Below are positions 1-14,081 of a stretch of DNA of 64,000 nucleotides, one piece after another (positions within the stretch are counted from its first letter, which is position 1; each line of letters begins with the position of its first letter). The notes below the pieces were generated by a model, which saw only the letters and a list, made by a program, of their open reading frames with translations, did not search any database and was not told where the DNA came from. Origin of the DNA: Chiloscyllium plagiosum (taxonomy: Eukaryota); assembly GCF_004010195.1 (NCBI RefSeq), contig NC_057718.1, positions 19,405,905 to 19,469,904 of the forward strand, read 5' to 3'. The position numbers were made by a program, and so were the translations under genes.

Positions 1-1054
1 GAAGGCTATGACAGCCACTCTGTCTATTCATCCCAACCGGCCCTGCTCCTGTCCCAGAATTCCCAGCCAGGGTGGGCAAGGGGCGGTGAGCTGTTTACTG
101 AGATTATAACACGAGACCCTAATCGAAGCAAGGGCTCCAGCTCCAGTATCTTTTCGAGGCAGTATGTGTGTGCCAGTGCCTGCAAATAATTTTGTTCAGC
201 ACTTTCACTGCGAGGTTGGATATTTTTCCCATCTATATCAAGGAGCTTTACAACTCTCCAGTACACTCCAGTGTGCAACTTAAGCAACAGAGAAAATAAA
301 AATTCAAGGATTATGGGAGAAGGACAAGGACTATCTACATTGATCTTGCAAAGATTCTGCATGGATCTGATGGATTGGATGACTTCCAGCTGTGCTGTGT
401 ACATTTTATGATTAGAGCCACGCCGCGCTGCACTGTCCCCTTGAGTGGCTGGCAACGGCGTTGCCATGCCACAACAGAATCTCGGCCTACTTCTGTGTCC
501 AGCTCTTCCTTCCTCCAGTTGGATTGCATCAGAATGCACATCACAGATCTCATTAACCACAGCACCCGTTTCTCAGGAATCCCGTTGCAACATGGGAGAA
601 GGTTTTGCAAGTTCAATTGAGGCTGTGATCTACTGAGAGCAGCAAGGGATCTTGGAAATACGGACACAAATAAAGTGGTGGCTCATTAGATACGACAGCT
701 TTTCCAGCAACACATTTTTCCACTCTGATCTCCAGTATCTGTAGTCCTCACTCTCTCCTAGCTCATTAGATATGGGTCATTTACTCCCCTCGCCCTGGCA
801 GTAATTTGTTACAACCAGCCAATGGAGGAGGAGACAAACAAGAGGCAAGGCACACATGTACCCAACACAACCTTTTCTCCCAGATGTCAACATTAGTAAT
901 ATTACTTCCAATTGTCAGCAGCACAGAGTCACAACAGTCAGCTTAATTTTAAAGAACACACTCCAAAGAAACAGAAAGATGTAAAAGATTTTGCTGTTAA
1001 TCGAGTATGTGACCGAAATAGTTGGGTTTTTCCCATGAATACACAGTGTCAAAA

Positions 1055-1389
1055 ATCATAAAATCTCCAGAGTGTGGAAGCAGCCATTTGGCTCATCAAG
1101 TCTACACCAACTCTCTAAAGAGCATCCCACCCATACGAACCACATCCCCTATCCCTATAATCCTGCATTTCCCATGGCTAATCCACCTAGCCTACACACC
1201 TAATGGATACTGTGGGTAATTTAGCATGACCAATCCACCTGACCTGCACAACTTTGGGCTGTGGGAGGAAACCCACGCAGACACGGGGAGAATGTGCAAA
1301 CTCCACACAGTCACCTGAGGTTGGAATCAAACCCAGGTCCCTGGCGCTATGACGCAACAGTGCTAACCACTGAGCCTCTGTGCCACCCC
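1055..1389 (-). mobile_element. tRNA-derived SINE (HE1/V-SINE-like)
   Basis: Minus strand has A-box GGCTCAGTGGTTAGC, B-box-like GGTTTGATTCC and core GTGTGGAGTTTGCACATTCTCCCCGTGTCTGCGTGGG shared with four other copies. Confidence 0.85.
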
Positions 1390-2473
1390 ATATAACCTGA
1401 AAGCTATTTGTGATTAAACACAAACACAGATCAAAATGGGAGCTATGTGGAGTGGTGGGGAGTGGTTTGACGTTTCTCTCTGGAACCTGATCACGATTCC
1501 TCGATGTTTCTGCTGAGTGCCGAACTGGATGAGGAGTTGTTCAATCAGACACTCTGTCTGATCACCAGCTGGGCTGTGCGAACTCCAAGAAAGTTTAAAT
1601 CTGACTGGCCCATTCAGTTTAAAGATGACAGGTGAAATAACAATGGCCAAAAAGGCTTCAAGTGACAAAAATGTGTAGAGATGAGCAGGAATGACGTTAT
1701 TCTCCCAGCACTTTCTATTAGAGATGGATGTGTGGGAGCTGCATTTCTAAAGGGAGTATGTGGATTACCCATTCCAGAACATTCAAGGCTGCACTCAGCA
1801 GCCAGAAACCCTAGTCACAGGATCATCTCCCAACTGGGAGTCAGGAATATAGAAAGGGGTCAAGCACCATTATTACTTTCAAGAAATAATTCCAGATCAG
1901 TCATCGCCATTGATCCTTCAACACAGTGTGCACAACTGACAGATGCTTTGACTCATTCCACTGTGTGATTCACAACATTCAGATTCCCTTTTGAAGGAGC
2001 GCATAAAAAATACAAACATCACAACAAGAACCATAAATGCCATTCTGAATTAGTCAGTTCCAAACCAGCAAAAGTTAGTCATGTAACAGGATAACAGGAT
2101 CTCTGAAGGAAGGTGAGTGGATCAGATGTGCTTTTGTGATGACAGTATAACTGCGTGTACCAAATAAAGTGTGCACTTTGGGGGAAAACGGTTTTGTTTT
2201 GGAATAAATGAGCTCAAACATTTGTCTTGATCAGCATTTTAAATCTAATTTAAAGGGAGGTGGGGTAAAAGAAACATGGATGGGGTATATCAGCATCTGC
2301 CATTCTTAAGTTGTGTAGCAACTACGGTCTAGCAATTAAAATCCTACTCTTGGGTGCCACAGGATACAACAAGCATAACAGTAAAAAGCAGCCAGCAAAG
2401 AAAGACAAAAGAGCAGTATCTGTGAAGCGAAAAAAGAAAAAAAAAGTTATTCGCTGGTTTCTGCTGCCCTTAC

Positions 2474-2638
2474 CTGTTCCCAGAATGGGACATTTCTCGC
2501 AGCTTGTGCCCCAGGCTTTGCCAACGCTGCAACAGCACATCTGCTTGCTGAGCTGCACAGACAGAGGATGCATGCACTGCTTTCCTGCACTGACAAACCG
2601 GTAGCAGGGCCCTTTCTCTTCAATTAAAAGATTTTCAG
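2474..2638 (-). CDS. LTBP1: LTBP1 internal coding exon (165 bp): TB (8-Cys) domain
   Basis: Acceptor ctgctgcag|CT GAA AAT; donor GGA ACA G|gtaagg. Translates (P)ENLLIEEKGPCYRFVSAGKQCMHPLSVQLSKQMCCCSVGKAWGTSCEKCPILGT, with the TB-domain CCC...G.AWG..C..CP motif. Confidence 0.96.
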
Positions 2639-4554
2639 CTGCAGCAGAGAGAGAAAAACAAAAAAGGGAGGGAGGTTGCCAGAAATGATCTAAGAGAGAA
2701 AAAAAAACCTGCAGAAATTCCATCACCAGCTGACAAGGACAGAACAGCAAACAAAGCTAAAAATAAAAACAACATACATTAAGGCGTGACTGTGTGTATA
2801 TACATATGTGCGCCAACATAGACACATTCGGAGCATCCTTTGTACCAGATTAAAGCCCCACGACATGAAGGATACAGGTTTTACATTGGCAACCATCTGA
2901 CAATTACATGGAGTGTTAAACCTTATGAAAAGCAACATGCTCTAAGCAATAATAAGCAGGGTGTAAGTATCTTCTCACATGCATCTGTATTAGTACAGCA
3001 ATAGCTCTAGCATTCAGGAATGGCAGAGAATTTCCATTACGCTCAAACCAAAACAAAATCTTTAAAAAACAAATACAACTAACTCCAAGGTCACTACATT
3101 GAAATGACTTTGTCATGCTGGCAGGACAAACCAAATCATTCCCTTTGGCAGGCAATTGAGGCAATTTTCTTCCTCATTCCAATCGGGGTTTGGTTAGTTA
3201 TAATTGCATTAGACAAACTACATGTGCAGAATGTTTATCTTCTGTTAGATTGTCATTCTTTCTTGACAAACAGGCCCGTGTGGTGCCTAGCTAACATGGG
3301 ACAGTATGTGCAGTTTAGTCCTACTTTGTCAAATACAATTGAAGTCATTCAGCATTCTCAAAGGATACCAAGCTTAGCCAAAGGAAAAGCTCCACTTTGA
3401 CCTTTTGCACATCCCATTCCCACAGGATCCTTAAAAAAAGGGGAGGTAATTAAATCCTGAAATAGGCTGAATCAGACCTACGGAGCCAAAAACGAATTTT
3501 TAAAAAAAGCCTCGTTTTGCAAACATCCAAAACTAGGAATGGTGACATGGCCTCTGCAACAGACTGTGGAGCCAAACACTCCTACAGTTCAGCGTTCAAA
3601 CCAGGCTCCCTCCACCACAATGGGTTAAAGGAATTTCGGCAGCACAAACAGTCTGTGCAGCCAATGAGATGCAGGCACTCAAAAGGTGTGGCTTCAATTC
3701 CCGGCAGAGGGAAAGAGGGTCAAAGCAGAACTGGTACCCACAACTGGCTCCAAAGTGACAGCAGCATTCATTCCACCATCATTGCTGCTACACCGCAGTC
3801 AAAGCCACAGCTTAACCCCTCCCCAGTAGTCTTAAATTTTGGGGTGTCTGTTTGCAGAACTTTATGGAGAAGTGGTGAATGCAAACGGTCAACAGGGAAG
3901 GCCCAGTCGTGTAGCTATCCACACAACTAATGCCAGGAAGTTTTATGAAGCATCTGCAACAACTACATTGGTGTCAGGCTGATAGTACGTTCTAATCAGT
4001 GTTTAGAATAATACAGTTGTTACCACTTAACATGCTGTCTTTGATGCTAATGTCCTTTCACAGCAGATTACCCAGTGTGGAATTTTATACAGGTGCATCC
4101 GTAAAATGTGGAATTTGGTTTGAACTTACACTTTGTCCATTTTACATTCGCAGCAGTGTTTAAGAATTAATTCACAACCATAAACTAACCCCAACCCCAG
4201 TTATATATAAATATGTTTTTAGTAAGGTTTCACCCAGTGTCCGTGAACATTAATGACATCTTATGTTTTAACGGCGATACAAAAAGAAAACGATTTGACC
4301 TGGGATTAAATTGGTTTTTCATGACTTTCTAAAGTTCAAGTATTCAATGCTTTAAGTACTTTGTCTTGGCAGATAGTTGTAATAGTGCCCTGAGGTTTGT
4401 AAGCAAGAAGCACAGTATAGTATATGGAGAGGCTGAGCTTATTCTGCCAGTGAGGAACACCCTATTAAAACCTGCATGATAATCTTAAACAACAGCATCT
4501 CTTCCTAAGTAACTTGGCTTCTTGCCGATCACTGCTATGTTTTGGCCTACACTG

Positions 4555-6740
4555 CAAAAGAACACTTATACATGCAACACAGAAGGGAGTCATTTGGCCC
4601 ATCTTGTCCATGCCAACCCATAGACAGGAAGATACCCTTCCTGCACACAGCCCATAGCTCGGCAGCATACAGTACTTAAGGTGCAGATCCAAGTAAGTTT
4701 TAAGAGAGTTTAGGGTCTCTGCCTTCACCACTAAGTCAGGCTGTGAATTCCAGACACCTACCACCCTCTGCTTACAAAAGGTTTTCCTCACGTCCCCTCA
4801 AATCCTTCTGCTGCTTAGTTTAAATCTATGATCCCTGGTTTTTGAACTGTGTGCCAAGGGAAACAGGTTCCTCCTGCCTACTCTATTTCTACCCCTCTCA
4901 ATTTTGTATACATCAATCATGTCAATCCTCAGCCTTCTCTGTTCCAAGGAAAACAACCCCAACCTCTCCAATCTCTCCTCATAGCTGCAATTATCCTGCT
5001 CTTCAATGTTCTAGTCAATCTTCTCTGCACTCTCTCCAGAGTATTTCCTGTCATGTGGTCACCAGAACTACACACGACACTCCAGTTGTGGCCTTGCCAG
5101 TGTCTTATACAATTCGTCATTATATCCCTACTTCTATATTCAAAACTCTGTCAATGAAGGAGAGCATTCCATATGCCATCTTTGCAACTGTGCACTTGCA
5201 TGTCACGATCTCCCACTTCATCCACCCCTCTCAGTATATTCCTGTTTATTGTGCATTCCCTTTTAACAGTTTGACCTTCTGGAACGCATTACCTCATCAG
5301 AGCTGAATTCCATCAGCCATTTTCCTTCCCATTCCACAATTAGTTTGGAGCTTACAGCTCTCCGCCACACTATCCACTACACGACCAATTTTGTGTTATC
5401 TGCATATTTCCCAAGTATGCCCCCCCCCATGTTCAAATCCAAATCATGAATAGTATAAAACAGCAGGGGCCCAGCGCTGGGCCCTGTGGAACACCACTGG
5501 ATACAGCTTTCCGTTTGTAAGGGCAACCATCGACCATTCCCCTTTGTTTCCTGTCACTGAGCCAACTTTGGATCCAATTTGATGGGCTTTTGCTTTTTTG
5601 ACCAGTCTGCCATATGGGATCTGAACAAATGCCTTATTAAAATCCATATAGATAGCATCCAGTGCACAACCCTCATCAATCCTCCTTGTCACTTCGTCAA
5701 AGAATTCAACTTAATATATAAGGCATGACATTCCCTTAACAAAGCCATGCTGACTATCCCTACTAGACCATGCCTTTCTAATTGACAGTTTATCCAATCT
5801 CTCAGGACTGATTCTAACAATTTGCCCACCACTGAAATAAGACTATCTCACCTATAAGAGTTTGGCATTTCCTCTGTGCCCTTTTTAAAAAAAAGAAAAG
5901 CACATTTACATTTCTCCAGTCCTCTGGCACCTCACCTGTGTCTGGTGAGGATTGGAAAATAATTCTACAGAGCATCTGCTATTTCCTCCCTGACCTCATT
6001 CAACATCCAAGGGAACAATACATCCGGCCCTGGCAACTTATCCACTTTCAAGGATTCCAACTCCTTGAACACATCTTCTCTCGTTATGATTATTTTGTCC
6101 AATATTTCACACTGCTCCTCTTGGATTACTATATCCACATCATCCCTTTCTTTTGTGAAAACAGCAATGAAAAATTAATTTAAAATTCTTCCCATACCCT
6201 CTGCATCTTCATACACATTCCCTTCCTCATCTCTGATAGGTTCCACTTCTTCCTTATGTATCGTTTTGCTCCTTAAATACTGGTAAAACATCTTTGAGTT
6301 TTCCTTTCTTTTGCTCACATTTTTCATGCCATCTCTTTGATTTACTTTTTTTTCACTTGTTCCCTGTACTTTCTATACTCCTCTACGCTATTTGCAGTGT
6401 TGAGTTTTTTGTGACTATCATAAGCTTCCTTTTACAGTTTAATCTTCCCCTGTATTTTTCCAGATGAGTTGGTGGGGCGGGGGTTCCAGATTTGGCAGTC
6501 CCATATTTATTTTTGAAGGGGGCATGTCTGCTTTGTGCCATGAGGATCTCAGTTTTTCGCACCTCCCTCTGGTTTATCACTGATTTACCCTTTAGCAGTC
6601 CTGCCCAGTCCACCTCAGGCAAATTATTTCTAGGATTTATAATATTTACCCTCCCCAAGTTAAAAAAAGACTTTTATTCATGATTTATCTCTGTCCTTTT
6701 CCAAATACCAAATCTAACCAAACTGTGGTCAGGAAATGAC
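4555..6740 (-). mobile_element. Degenerate CR1-clade LINE (ORF2/RT remnant and 3' end)
   Basis: Fragments read RRIDEGCALDAIYMDFNKAF, LERVQRRLTR and RKTFCKQRVVGVWNS; many stops and frameshifts. Boundaries approximate. Confidence 0.85.
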
Positions 6741-7192
6741 CAACGTTATTAACGACAATATACCCAGCAAGTTGGAGAAGCTGAAAACCTCTTGTTATCT
6801 GACTGTGGCATCAGAATAACTGCTGGTCTATCACGAAGAGTACTTTCTTGTAGAATACATTTTTTCAAAATGTGATGTATCAAGATTTAACCAATGTCTA
6901 TCTTCCAAGTCAGTGAAGTAAAAATTTGTTTTTTTTGTACAGATATGAATGAGATGTGAAAATTAGGACTGCCCTTCAAAGGGTGAGCCAACTCTTCAGA
7001 AACAGACTTAACCTTTGTGGAGACGTAAAATGGGATTGGGTCACAAACGTTGCTGTTAACATAGGCCTTGTTCCATTTTCTATTCCACTGACTTCCTACA
7101 AAATGTTCCCATCCACTTCGCCTTCCTGCAAAAAGAATTTCACTCTCCACATCAGTTTACCCCTGACCCAGAGTCCCATTTATATATCCTTG

Positions 7193-7517
7193 GGGTGGCA
7201 TGGTGGCTCAGTGGTTAGCACTGCCGCCTCACTGCTGGGTTCGATTCCAGCTTCGGGTGATTGTTTGTGTGGAGTTTGCACATTCTCCCTGTGTCTGCGT
7301 GGGTCTCCTTCGGGTGCTTCAGTTTCCTCCCACAGTTCAAAGGTGTGCAGGCCAGGTGAATTGGCCATGCTAAATTGCCATTGTATTCAGGGGTGCCGTA
7401 GGTTAGGTGCATTAGTCATGGGAAATAGGATAGGGGAATGGGTGGGATACTCTTTGGAAGGTCAGTTTGGACTTTTGGGGCCGAATGGCCTGTTTCCACA
7501 CTGTAGGGATTCTATGA
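7193..7517 (+). mobile_element. tRNA-derived SINE (HE1/V-SINE-like)
   Basis: GGTGGCTCAGTGGTTAGCAC...GGTTCGATTCC head, conserved core, and CR1-like tail GGGCCGAATGGCCTGTTTCCACACTGTAGGGATTCTATGA. Confidence 0.88.
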
Positions 7518-7770
7518 TCCGAGTGATTTTCCCTAATGGGTGTGGCAATGTTCCATGACCGAGAGACACCTTGATCTTCAGGGACGGACTGAGAATCATT
7601 TTGATTTTTCTTTTCAGCTGAGATTAGGCAACCGGCCTCTGATGAACATGTTTCTAATACTTTACAGAAACCCAACTTTGGAAATGCATGTGCATTGGCT
7701 TGAAATTTTCAGGGGCCTAGGGACCCAGTTCCAAACAGGTCCTGGAAAGGTTGTGGTAAACATTACTTAC

Positions 7771-7893
7771 GGACACAGGCAGATTGTGCAGGACCTGGAA
7801 CAAACCCAGGCTGGCATGTGCACCTATAGCTGCCCAGGGTATTCAGGCATTCTCCATGTAAGCACACCCCTTGGAGTTGGCATTCATTGATAT
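7771..7893 (-). CDS. LTBP1: LTBP1 internal coding exon (123 bp): calcium-binding EGF domain
   Basis: Acceptor tttgtag|AT ATC AAT GAA TGC; donor TGT GTC C|gtaagt. Translates (D)INECQLQGVCLHGECLNTLGSYRCTCQPGFVPGPAQSACV, with the cbEGF consensus DINEC...CxNxxGSYxC. Confidence 0.96.
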
Positions 7894-9828
7894 CTACAAA
7901 ACAAGAAGTAGTATATAAGTGGGCATCTAGGACTGGCAATGACACCATTAATGTGGCATCAACAACTGCTGCATAACTTGGTGGCAATGGAGAAACTTTA
8001 ACCATCCACAGAAGCGAATATTGGAATCCCACCGCTACACCGTTGCAATTTTGTTGATGCATTCTAACTACTCCTTCGTTCCCCCATAAAGTGTTTGTCA
8101 TAAATCGTATGTGGTTTCTCCTGCTTCATTGGCACTAAGAACCAGGAAAAAGAAGCTTGTGATATTGGCTTCCAGGCTCCAGCCTACCACTTCCTGGCAT
8201 TCCTTTGTTTTTCTGTATAATTGTAAGTGGAGTCAGACTGGGAAAAATAGCTACCTAGCAAATAATTTACCAATTTGGTATAAATTGAGGCATGGAACTT
8301 TGGTGCCATTTTAGATTTTGGAAAGAAAGAGCAGCCATTTGATAGCTGGACCAAACTGGTTAGAAAATACTGGAAAACGAAAACTTCTGTACAACAATCT
8401 CACTTTACTGTCTCCCTCCCTGTGTTTGACAAATTCCATCATTTCGAAAAGCAGGGGCAGCCTCGTAATTATGGACCGGTTTTCACTCTAATAATCACTC
8501 ATGCAGCAGGAAAATAAAATTGTAGACAATTTCAGTCCTGAACTTATCATCCTTCCAAATGTTTGCATAGCTTGGCTCGGATGAACTATATTTCTGGCAC
8601 CTTTTAGGCTGGCACAGCACGTTTCAGCATGGCGAGAACAGATTCATGTCTGAGTCACACTGCGGTGAAAGCAACAGCATAAAAAGTGAGTGAGCACTGA
8701 TTTATGGAAAGCTATTCACAGAAATTCCTGAATATATAAGAATTGTCATTTATACTAAATCAAGTTAAATAAAAAAGCACTGTTGAACTCAATTCCATTT
8801 TAATGAAGATTTACAAGAAAGTACAAGTCTGTTCCTCTCCTTGGGCTTATTACATTACCTAAAATTGCTAGTTTCTAAGCCTTCAACACTTCCACGTATT
8901 TTGTCTGCCTTGAAGTCACCGCTAGCTTGCTTGTGCTCAGTTCCTTAACAAGTTTCTCGTAACCAGTCCCTACTTGGGCATCAGCTCAGTATAAAAGCTG
9001 TTATGCATTCTTCACTTTTTGTGTAATATCCAAGGTACTCTGGACAAGTCCGTACCAAATAATGAGCTGGCATCCATCTTTGGACAAGAATTGCCATTTT
9101 AAGTAAGAAACAATAAAATGCATTTCACAAACATCCTTAACATGGTATTATGTCCCAAAATGTTTCAAGGAGAACTACCATTAGATCACACAATATGGAC
9201 CAGGCTGCAACAAGTTTAGTCAACCAGGCAGATTTGAAGTTGTGCTTTTAAGGAGGAAGAGATGTGGAAAGACAGAGAGCTTTAGGGAGGCAATTCCAGA
9301 ACTGAGAACCTTGGCAACTCAAGGCATCACCACCAATAGCAGCACAATTAAAATGCAGGATGCTCCACAGGCTAGAACCTCAAGCGGTGCCAGGGGCTGG
9401 AGGAGACTGTGCAGATGGGGATGTCAGAATTTTTTAATCTAAATCCAATGCTTCAAAATCCCTCATCACCTCATGATTTAACTCAGGGCCATCCATGTGA
9501 TTGGCAAGTCTCTCACTCTGTTGGAGTTCTCAAATACCAATCCAGTTTGTCATCTCCAAAAGCAAACTGCAAAATGAAAGAAAATGACCTTTTTTTCCCC
9601 GTGTAAAGCTTTCTTGGATTACTGGCAATTTTTTTGTTGCCTGTATAAAATAGGAATCACAAGATGGCTGCAGCACAGGGGAAGACCATGTGCCCATCGT
9701 AACCTGATCAGCTTTCTGCAGGAAAACTCAGCATCCTGCAAAACTCCTGTTTCCAGCTGCTTAATAATACTCTCAGACTCTGAGTTCTAGATCCTAACCA
9801 CCCACTATCTTATCAGGGAATTCCCTCA

Positions 9829-10268
9829 TATGGTTAGCACTGCTGCCTCACAGTGCCAGGGACCCAGATTCAATTCCCACCTCGGGCAACTGTCAGTGTG
9901 GAGTTTGCACATTCTCCCAATGTCTGCGTGGGTTTCCTCTGGGTGCTCCAGTTTCCTCCCACAGTCCAAAGATGTGCAGGTTAGGTGAATTGGCCATGCT
10001 AAATTGCCCATAGTGTTCGGTGCATTAATCAGGGTAAATGTATGGGAATGGGTCTGGGTGGGTTGCTCTTCGGAGGGTCGGTGTGGACTTGGGCCGAAGG
10101 GCCTGTTTCCACACTGTAGGGAATGGCCATGCTAAATTGCCCGTAGTGTTAGGTGCAGGGGTAAATGTAGGGGGATGGGCCTGGGTGAGTTGCTCTTCGG
10201 AGGGTCGGTGTGGACTTGGGCCGAAGGGCCTGTTTCCACACTGTAGGGAATCTAATCTAATCTAATCT
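9829..10268 (+). mobile_element. HE1/V-SINE-like SINE with duplicated 3' half and (AATCT)n tail, nested in an older minus-strand CR1 remnant
   Basis: SINE core at 9829-10121; its 3' part (from TGGCCATGCTAAATTGCCC) recurs at ~10124-10249; tail aatctaatctaatctaatct. Flanks ~9650-9828 and ~10269-10570 read as one CR1 3' remnant. Confidence 0.8.
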
Positions 10269-11384
10269 TAAATTTGTGTCCCTGGTTCCAGACCTTTTCA
10301 ACAATGGGAATGTTTCACTCTCTTTCCGTCTATCACTCTTTCTTTCTCTCTCTCTCTCTCTCTGACCAATCACCACATGATTTTGAACAGCTCTGTCAAA
10401 TTTCCTCTCAACCTTCTGTTCTCTAATGACGCCACCTTCTCAAACCTATTGACAGAAACTGAAACTCCTTCGGTCCTGGAACCACCCTCACAAATTTTCG
10501 CCACACTCTTCCTAAATCTTTCTAAATCTTCCTAAATTTTCCTGAATTGTTTCACCAATCAGAATTGGACACAATGCGTACAGGAGAGGCCAGCTGCATG
10601 GGCTGCTGGGTGCCAAGATGAGCTCTTCAAAAGACCTGGCGTCATGGCCTGGACCTTGTCCCAGTTACAATAAAAATAATAACATGAAAAAATTTCTCTA
10701 ACTCTCACAATCCATAGGCATGCCAAATAACGCCAGCTGATGCCCTCCCACCCATTCTCCATGGTCACTCATACCATCTATACTATCTGTGACACTTTAC
10801 CTACCTCCATTGCCCTTTATAGTACCCATGCAAACTTAATGCCAACTCAAGCAAAACTATGAATCCCCAGTCATCTGGATGAGCTGTTATAGCTTGTGCA
10901 CCAACATATCGCTAACTCACATCAACCCATGCGTTCCCCCCCACCAACTCTTTACCTTTATACCCTCCATAGTACTCTATGGGCAGTCCTCAGAAGCCAT
11001 GGCAAGATGAAGTTAAGTACGAAGTGTCTATTGAAAATGCCCCTATATATTTTTAAAGTTTGATTGATCATATATATATAAAACCTTTTCAAGTACCACA
11101 AAATTAAAATATCTTTCAAGTAATTAATCCCTAGCAAAACAAATACTTGTATTCATAGCACCACATCAAACAAAGCTAATCTCTTTGTAAACACTTGCAT
11201 TTATTAATCAAACAGTGAGTTTACAGGCTAACCACTGTGATAATGAAAGGGTGTGGAAGTCCTCAAGCTGATGCTGATGTCAACAAGCACTGGACTAGCT
11301 CCACTAATTTATTTTTTCAACTGCAGACTGGATTTTTCTTTTCAAAAAGTGGAAGAGTTTGGGATTTTAAATGACTTGACAGCT

Positions 11385-12100
11385 TGACAGAGCTGGAAAA
11401 TCGACGTTTCAGGCAAAAGCCATTCATCAGGAATGAGGTTGGGAGCCTCGGGGGTGGAGAGTTAAATGCGAGGGGTGGAGAGTTAAATGCGAGCGGGGTG
11501 GGGATGGGGAAAAGATAGCTGAGTGTGCAATAGGTGAATGGAAGTTGGGGTAATGGTGATAGGTCAGAGAGGAAGGTGGAGCAGATAGGTGGAAGGAAGA
11601 TTGACAGGTGAGACAGGTCATTAGATGGTGCTGAGCTGGAAGGTTGGAACTGGGGTAAGGTGGGGGGAGGGGAAATGAGGGAACTGATGAAGTCCACATT
11701 GATGCCATGAGGTTGGAAGGGCCTGAGGCAGAAGATGAGGCCTTCTTCCTCCAGGCATTGGGTGGTAAGGGAGTGGCAATGGTTTCACATTGATGCCATG
11801 GGGTTGAAGGATCCCGAGGCAGAAGATTCTCATCCATCCTCATGACCTGTCCCATCTGTCAATCTTCCTTCCCATCTATCCACTCCACCCTCTTCTCTGA
11901 CCTATCACCTTCAGCCCCAGCTCCATCCACCTCCCATTTCTCTCTCCACATCCGAGGCTCCCAGCCACATTCCTGATGAAGGGCTTTTGCCCTAAATGTC
12001 AACTTCCCTGTTCCTCGGATGCTGCCTGACCTGCTGTGCATTTCCAGCACCACTCTAATCTTGACTCTAATCCCCAGCATCTGCAGTATCCACCTCTGCC
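11385..12100. mobile_element. Penelope-like element remnant with inverted terminal segments
   Basis: Minus-strand piece ~11385-11830 encodes a GIY-YIG C-terminal-like segment (RLEEEGLIFCLRPFQPHGINVDF). A plus-strand copy of the same 3' region follows at ~11840-12100. Each half carries a hammerhead-like motif. Confidence 0.75.
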
Positions 12101-13667
12101 CAGCTTGATAGAGCTTACCCACTTCTTACGTACATTCCTCAATACCGTTAACAATCCCAAAGGGCTACTTGACTTCTCTCCACGGATGTCCGACCTCTCT
12201 CAGTGGATACCTCCACTGATAGATTCAGGCCTTTTTTTTGCAAGCGTCTAAATCCCACAAAACAGCACTTCCAGAATCGGGGCTCCGATTAAGCTGTTAC
12301 ACCTTTCTATCTTTTTGCCTCTCTTAGTAAAGTGCAGAAACGCATGTTAAATCACTTGAACCATCTCCAGCAATACGTGCACATATGCCCCAGGTCACTG
12401 TTTTTCTGCAGCAATTTATTTGTATTAAACTTAATTTACCTTATGCTGCTGATTCCAACAAAATACGCTCTCTTGAGGTCTATCACTATCTTTTTCACAG
12501 TTCACTTTATGGCCAAACTTTGTTCCGTCTGCAAATTTTAAAGTGAATTTCTGGGAAAAGTAGGATTACATATAATGTCTGTGACAGAGGGGAGTGCTTG
12601 TTTGTTCCTAGTGCTCATTAAATTTTTCAGTGACGCAAATTAAGACACTCTTCAATGACCCTTGATTGTAGCATTGGCCCTTAATTTCCGTAAATTATTG
12701 ATGGGCTTATTATTCATTGAATCTGGATAATGACGAGGATTTTTCCGAATTGTTTTGGCTGACGGGATGTGTTCATAATCAATGCGCAGCAAAAGCGGAG
12801 AGTGCCCGAGGTCGCTTCATAATCAGTAAGAATAAACCAGCTTGAAATCGCAATGCAAGGGTTTGTGGCTCCACTGTTTTGCTCAGAGTCCTGTCTTGTG
12901 GATGGTAAATTCAACAAAACTTAAGGGTCCTTTTGGTTCACAAACTTGGATGAACAAATGTCCACTCAAATGCCACATTTTGCAGAATTTTTCTCTGAAA
13001 TTAATGAGCACAGTGTACTTCCCTTCACTGAGAGGATTCGACGGAGTTCAAGATAGTCTCGAGTTCCCTCATTTGGCATTCCTACTGTTTAACTACAAGG
13101 TTTTTAATGAGACCAAAGGCACTTATCAAATCAAAAAGGCAATAATCCTGACTGCAGCCAGATAATCATAAACACACATTTCAAAGGGCCATTTATATTA
13201 ATGACCCATAATAATAAGCACCATGATTTCTGAAAGATTACTTAAGTAAACTCGCTGATGCTCTTTTGACCAGAAAGGTCATGACCTTCCCTTCCTCTGC
13301 CGACAGCAGTAAAATTTGTCTTCAAAGTATAAGCTGCTCCTGTTTAAACTGACCCAGGTGACGAAAGAACATTTCAGTTACATTTAGAGGGACTTCCCAT
13401 CGTTTAAACAAGATTATTTCTCAGTCACACGTACTGAAGGACAAAAACCACCATAAAGGTTGGGGGATCTTACTCCCGACTCTCTCTCCCCAAACCTCCC
13501 ACCCTTCATCCTAAGTTCCTGCTGAAATTGCTGTTGCCAAAACTCTTCCAGCTCAGAGCAATTATTTCCCAGTGACTTTATCATCAAAGCAGCTATAACT
13601 TGGCAACAGAAATTGGTTTCTGGAAGAGTCAGTAATGATTTTCTTCTAGATGAAGTAAATGCTCAAG

Positions 13668-14081
13668 AATGTGTCTGTGTATGAACGTGCACATGTGTAC
13701 ATGTGTGTGTATGTTTGTGTGCATGCATGAATGAGCATGTGCATGTGTATTTGTGTGTATGTGTGCAAGTGTGTGTGTGTATATGCGTGTTTGTGTGCGA
13801 GTGAATGAGCACGCTCATGGATGTTTGTGTGAATGTGTGCAAATGTGTTTGCATGTGCGTTTGTGTGCAATGGCGAGTGTGTGTTCTTTATGTGTATGTG
13901 TGTGCATGACTGCATGTGTATGTACAAATAAGTGTCAGCGTGTGTGAGTCTGAGTGAAGTGACTGATTGAACATGTGTGTGTGAGTGTACGTGAGTGTGA
14001 GAGTGTGTCAGGCTGTGTGTGATTCTGTGTGTGTGAGTATGATTGTGAGAGTGTGGGTATGAGAGTCAGAGTGTGTGTGTA
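13668..14081. repeat. Degenerate (TG)n-rich low-complexity tract
   Basis: Interrupted GT/GTAT/GTGA repeats; source of the His/Thr- and Cys/Val-rich spurious ORFs. Confidence 0.9.

Noticed and set aside
24..667. 178-aa and 110-aa minus-strand ORFs as the next LTBP1 exon or a nested gene
   Set aside because: No similarity to the expected TB-domain continuation (..F.EICPGG.GY) or any family I recognise; no convincing splice signals. Treated as chance ORFs.
7193..7260. tRNA gene
   Set aside because: The A/B boxes belong to a SINE head that continues into the SINE core; no complete cloverleaf. The same applies to the other SINE copies.
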